Source: Candidatus Magasanikiibacteriota bacterium
Lineage (GTDB): Bacteria; Patescibacteriota; Patescibacteriia; Magasanikbacterales; UBA922
DNA length: 57,522 nucleotides
Assembly: GCA_003510435.1 (NCBI GenBank)
Contig: DOMK01000020.1
Coordinates: forward strand, 1-57,522
Direction: 5' to 3'
This document shows, one piece after another, positions 54,997 to 57,522 of the stretch. A program made the position numbers and the translations under genes. Every line of letters starts with the position of its first letter. Position 1 is the first letter of the stretch. The notes under the pieces were generated by a model, which worked only from the letters and a program-made list of their open reading frames with translations, did not search any database and was not told where the DNA came from.

Positions 54997-55761
54997 TTGC
55001 CACCACGGCCAGAAATTACTTTGACTATTATTCCTGGTTGGGATTTGCGCGATGTGGCAGAATATTTAGTTGCACAAAAATTAGCTAGTAGTACAGCTGA
55101 TGTGTATGCACTTACAGGAGAACCGGCGAAACTAATAAAAGATGGCACCAAAAAATATGATTTATTATGGCCAAATCGTGAAATAGGTATTGATATTTGG
55201 TCAGTGAAACCTGATAATCAGAATTATGAAGGTTATTTGGGACCGGAAACAGTTAGAGTTTTTCAAGGTTCTTCAGTCAAAGAAATTTTAAGTAAATTTT
55301 TGTTTGAACGGGCAAAACAGATTGATATTCAACTGCCTTCTGAATTTCCAGAATTGAACGTGAAAAATATGAATTGGCATGAAATTTTAACCATGGCCAG
55401 TATTTTGGAACGTGAAGTTAGAAATTTAGAAGACAAAAAATTAGTGGCAGATATTTTTTGGCGCCGTTTAAAAAAGAATTGGGCTCTGCAAGCTGATTCT
55501 ACAGTGCATTATGCCGTAGGCAAAGAGGGAAATGTATTTACTACAAATGAGGATCGGCAAACAGATTCACTTTGGAATACTTATAAATATCCTGGGCTTC
55601 CTCCAGGGCCAATTTGTAATCCTGGACTTGAATCAATTCAAGCAGCGCTTTATCCAGAAGCAAATAATTATTGGTATTTTTTGACAGATAAAAATGGGGC
55701 TGTACATTATGCCAAAACCTTGGAAGAACAGAATAGTAATAAATATAAGTATTTAAAATAA
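54997..55761 (+). CDS. mltG: Endolytic transglycosylase MltG; the TM-coding frame extends upstream to 54859 and the ATG at 54855 is out of frame
   Basis: EGYL.PET, ASILERE, LQADST..Y, YNTY-like WNTYKYPGLPPGPICNPG..SI.AAL.P, Y.YF, HYAKT.EE. Confidence 0.9.
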   Translation: MPPRPEITLTIIPGWDLRDVAEYLVAQKLASSTADVYALTGEPAKLIKDGTKKYDLLWPNREIGIDIWSVKPDNQNYEGYLGPETVRVFQGSSVKEILSKFLFERAKQIDIQLPSEFPELNVKNMNWHEILTMASILEREVRNLEDKKLVADIFWRRLKKNWALQADSTVHYAVGKEGNVFTTNEDRQTDSLWNTYKYPGLPPGPICNPGLESIQAALYPEANNYWYFLTDKNGAVHYAKTLEEQNSNKYKYLK

Positions 55762-55766
55762 TTTTT

Positions 55767-57281
55767 ATGTCAGATGAACAAAGAAGAGAAGAACCTGCAC
55801 GTTTTAAAGTAGTTCCGCCAGAAAAGCCTGATGATGTTCCCGTTCCAGAAGAGCCAGAAGGTGAAGATGTAAGAGAATTAAGAGAAAAAAGTAATAAAAT
55901 TACTGATAGTATTACTAAAACCAATCAGATTGTGGATACTGTAGTCCCAGAGAGTTTACTGTCTCTCGACATGGTGAATGGTAATTTAGAAAAAATGGTT
56001 GGAGTTAAAAATACTTTGGAACAAGTACAGCCAGTTTTGGATGATAGTGATAGTGAATTTTGTAGTAGTAAAGTTTATTTATCAGTACATGATTCTAATT
56101 TTTTATTAAGCGCTTTAGAATTGTACGAAAAGATAAAGTCTTTGCGCTCTATGGCGCCAAGAGAAGAAGAATTGCAATATGGTTCTTCAAAATACAAATT
56201 GGTTTCAGTGATGGAAGATTGTATGTATTTGTTAAATAAAATGCAGGAGCGTTTGAGTGCTTTTTGTTATTTAAATATTCGTTTTAGTAATTCTAATCCT
56301 TATATTGTTGGTAAGGAAAATTTTAGCAGTGGTGAAGACAGGGAAAAAGCCGGTGGTGAGGCTTTTGAAAAGATAAAACCATTATTTGAAATTTTACAAA
56401 AATCTAAAAATATACAAGTTAGGAATGAACTTAGAGGAAGTAAGGGTAGTCATGATTTACAAAGTGTAGTATTGGATAAGGTTTTATTAATTGCTTTTTA
56501 TAGTAATAATAGTGATGCTCTGCACCTTGCCCTAAGTCATATGGATGATTTGGAAGAATGGGATAAACAAAATTTGTTTCATTATTTACAGCCAGTATAT
56601 GGGGGTAATAAACCAAATACGGAAATTGAAGCCAGAATAAGAGAATATAAAAGAACAGAGGCATTTGGTGATTTAATGGCCCAATTACCGGATCTAGAAT
56701 CATTGATCAGGTTTATTGATTTGCATGTAGACAAAATAGCTATTGAGCATACTACACAAGAATATGATTATCATAATAAAGAATATTTGATAAATGCGAT
56801 TTTAGAATTAATTAAAGTAAATACTTTTTCTTCTGATTTACAAAATAAAGGAATGGAAGAAGCATATGAAGTTTATAAAGAAAAAGTACGTAGAATGATA
56901 GAAGCGAAATTATCTGGCAGTATAAAAGAAATGAGACATCCTTTAACACGACATGTAGGAGATTTTAATTTGCGTGAAACAGTATCAGGTCACATAAAAA
57001 AAGAAATGATTGATGAGGCATCTTTCTTTTTGGCTAATGAGCGCAACTTTAATTTGGCCGAAGCTTTGGAAAAAGGTTGGATATCAACTATTTGGTATTT
57101 TCAACGTACTTTTCAACCAGAACAAACAATTACAGCGGTAATTAAAATTGATGATGTGGACACTATTGTAAATACGACAGGTAAAGAATTATTGGAGTAT
57201 ATTGAAAATCGACCAAGAGGTGTAAAAGATGAAAAATTAGATAAAATTATTGAATATTTAAAAGAACATGAGGCAGTATAA
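55767..57281 (+). CDS. Hypothetical protein with a Pro/Glu-rich N-terminus
   Basis: 504-aa ORF abutting both neighbours; no motif recognised. Confidence 0.75.
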   Translation: MSDEQRREEPARFKVVPPEKPDDVPVPEEPEGEDVRELREKSNKITDSITKTNQIVDTVVPESLLSLDMVNGNLEKMVGVKNTLEQVQPVLDDSDSEFCSSKVYLSVHDSNFLLSALELYEKIKSLRSMAPREEELQYGSSKYKLVSVMEDCMYLLNKMQERLSAFCYLNIRFSNSNPYIVGKENFSSGEDREKAGGEAFEKIKPLFEILQKSKNIQVRNELRGSKGSHDLQSVVLDKVLLIAFYSNNSDALHLALSHMDDLEEWDKQNLFHYLQPVYGGNKPNTEIEARIREYKRTEAFGDLMAQLPDLESLIRFIDLHVDKIAIEHTTQEYDYHNKEYLINAILELIKVNTFSSDLQNKGMEEAYEVYKEKVRRMIEAKLSGSIKEMRHPLTRHVGDFNLRETVSGHIKKEMIDEASFFLANERNFNLAEALEKGWISTIWYFQRTFQPEQTITAVIKIDDVDTIVNTTGKELLEYIENRPRGVKDEKLDKIIEYLKEHEAV

Positions 57282-57286
57282 AAATT

Positions 57287-57522
57287 ATGAACACATCCGA
57301 CTTTGATTACAATTTACCCACTGAATTGATTGCTCAAAAACCAATTGAGCCACGTGATCATTCGCGTTTGCTTGTTGTTAATAGAGAAAATAATAAATTG
57401 GAACATAAACATTTTTTTGATATTGTTGATTATCTAAAGCCAGGTGATTTGTTGGTTTGGAATAATTCTAAAGTTTTTAAAGCGAGATTGTTTGGTGAAT
57501 TAGTAGATGCTGATAATAACCA
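57287..57522 (+). CDS. queA: S-adenosylmethionine:tRNA ribosyltransferase-isomerase (3'-truncated by the window)
   Basis: Hand translation: [30 protein letters not shown]...[18 protein letters not shown]. Confidence 0.93.
   Translation, partial: MNTSDFDYNLPTELIAQKPIEPRDHSRLLVVNRENNKLEHKHFFDIVDYLKPGDLLVWNNSKVFKARLFGELVDADNN

Noticed and set aside
1506-56703. Remaining 60-170 aa ORFs antisense to or nested in housekeeping genes (e.g. 4417, 13513, 18856, 29887, 45054, 50712, 55541)
   Set aside because: Shadow frames of long conserved genes, with no RBS, motifs or independent support.
1-57522. Alternative genetic code 25 (TGA = Gly)
   Set aside because: Long genes read through fully in code 11, and TGA ends ORFs such as 49305-50426 and 53463's upstream overlap pattern is normal.

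Overview
AT-rich bacterial chromosome segment in genetic code 11 (TGA is used as a stop). Gene content, SD-less starts and protein families point to a Patescibacteria/CPR (Parcubacteria-like) organism; this is an inference. The backbone is housekeeping: ileS with an Ile T-box, valS, tyrS, argS, eno, two gpmI, rnpB, three tRNAs, rnc-nusB-rpmF, femX/mltG cell-wall genes, partial queA, and a surface-glycan locus with a 1183-aa repeat protein. Four things stand out. (1) Next to an AbiE toxin-antitoxin pair, a two-unit array at 10456-12262 in which the same ~150-nt hairpin leader precedes each of two unrelated GC-rich, SD-led genes; the leader has compensatory base changes and each gene has a hairpin-dense trailer. 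(2) A GxxExxY nuclease gene bracketed by inverted micro-repeat arms, with many gene-less versions of that architecture in other intergenic spaces and 7/8-nt micro-repeats inside genes. (3) Several families of short palindromic elements inserted in frame in valS, argS, gpmI and glycosyltransferases, and inside the T-box and RNase P RNA. (4) An actinobacterial-type ultrashort-stem-I T-box and a GAMT-like/ATP-grasp/kinase module. All calls were made by eye; no database searches were run.
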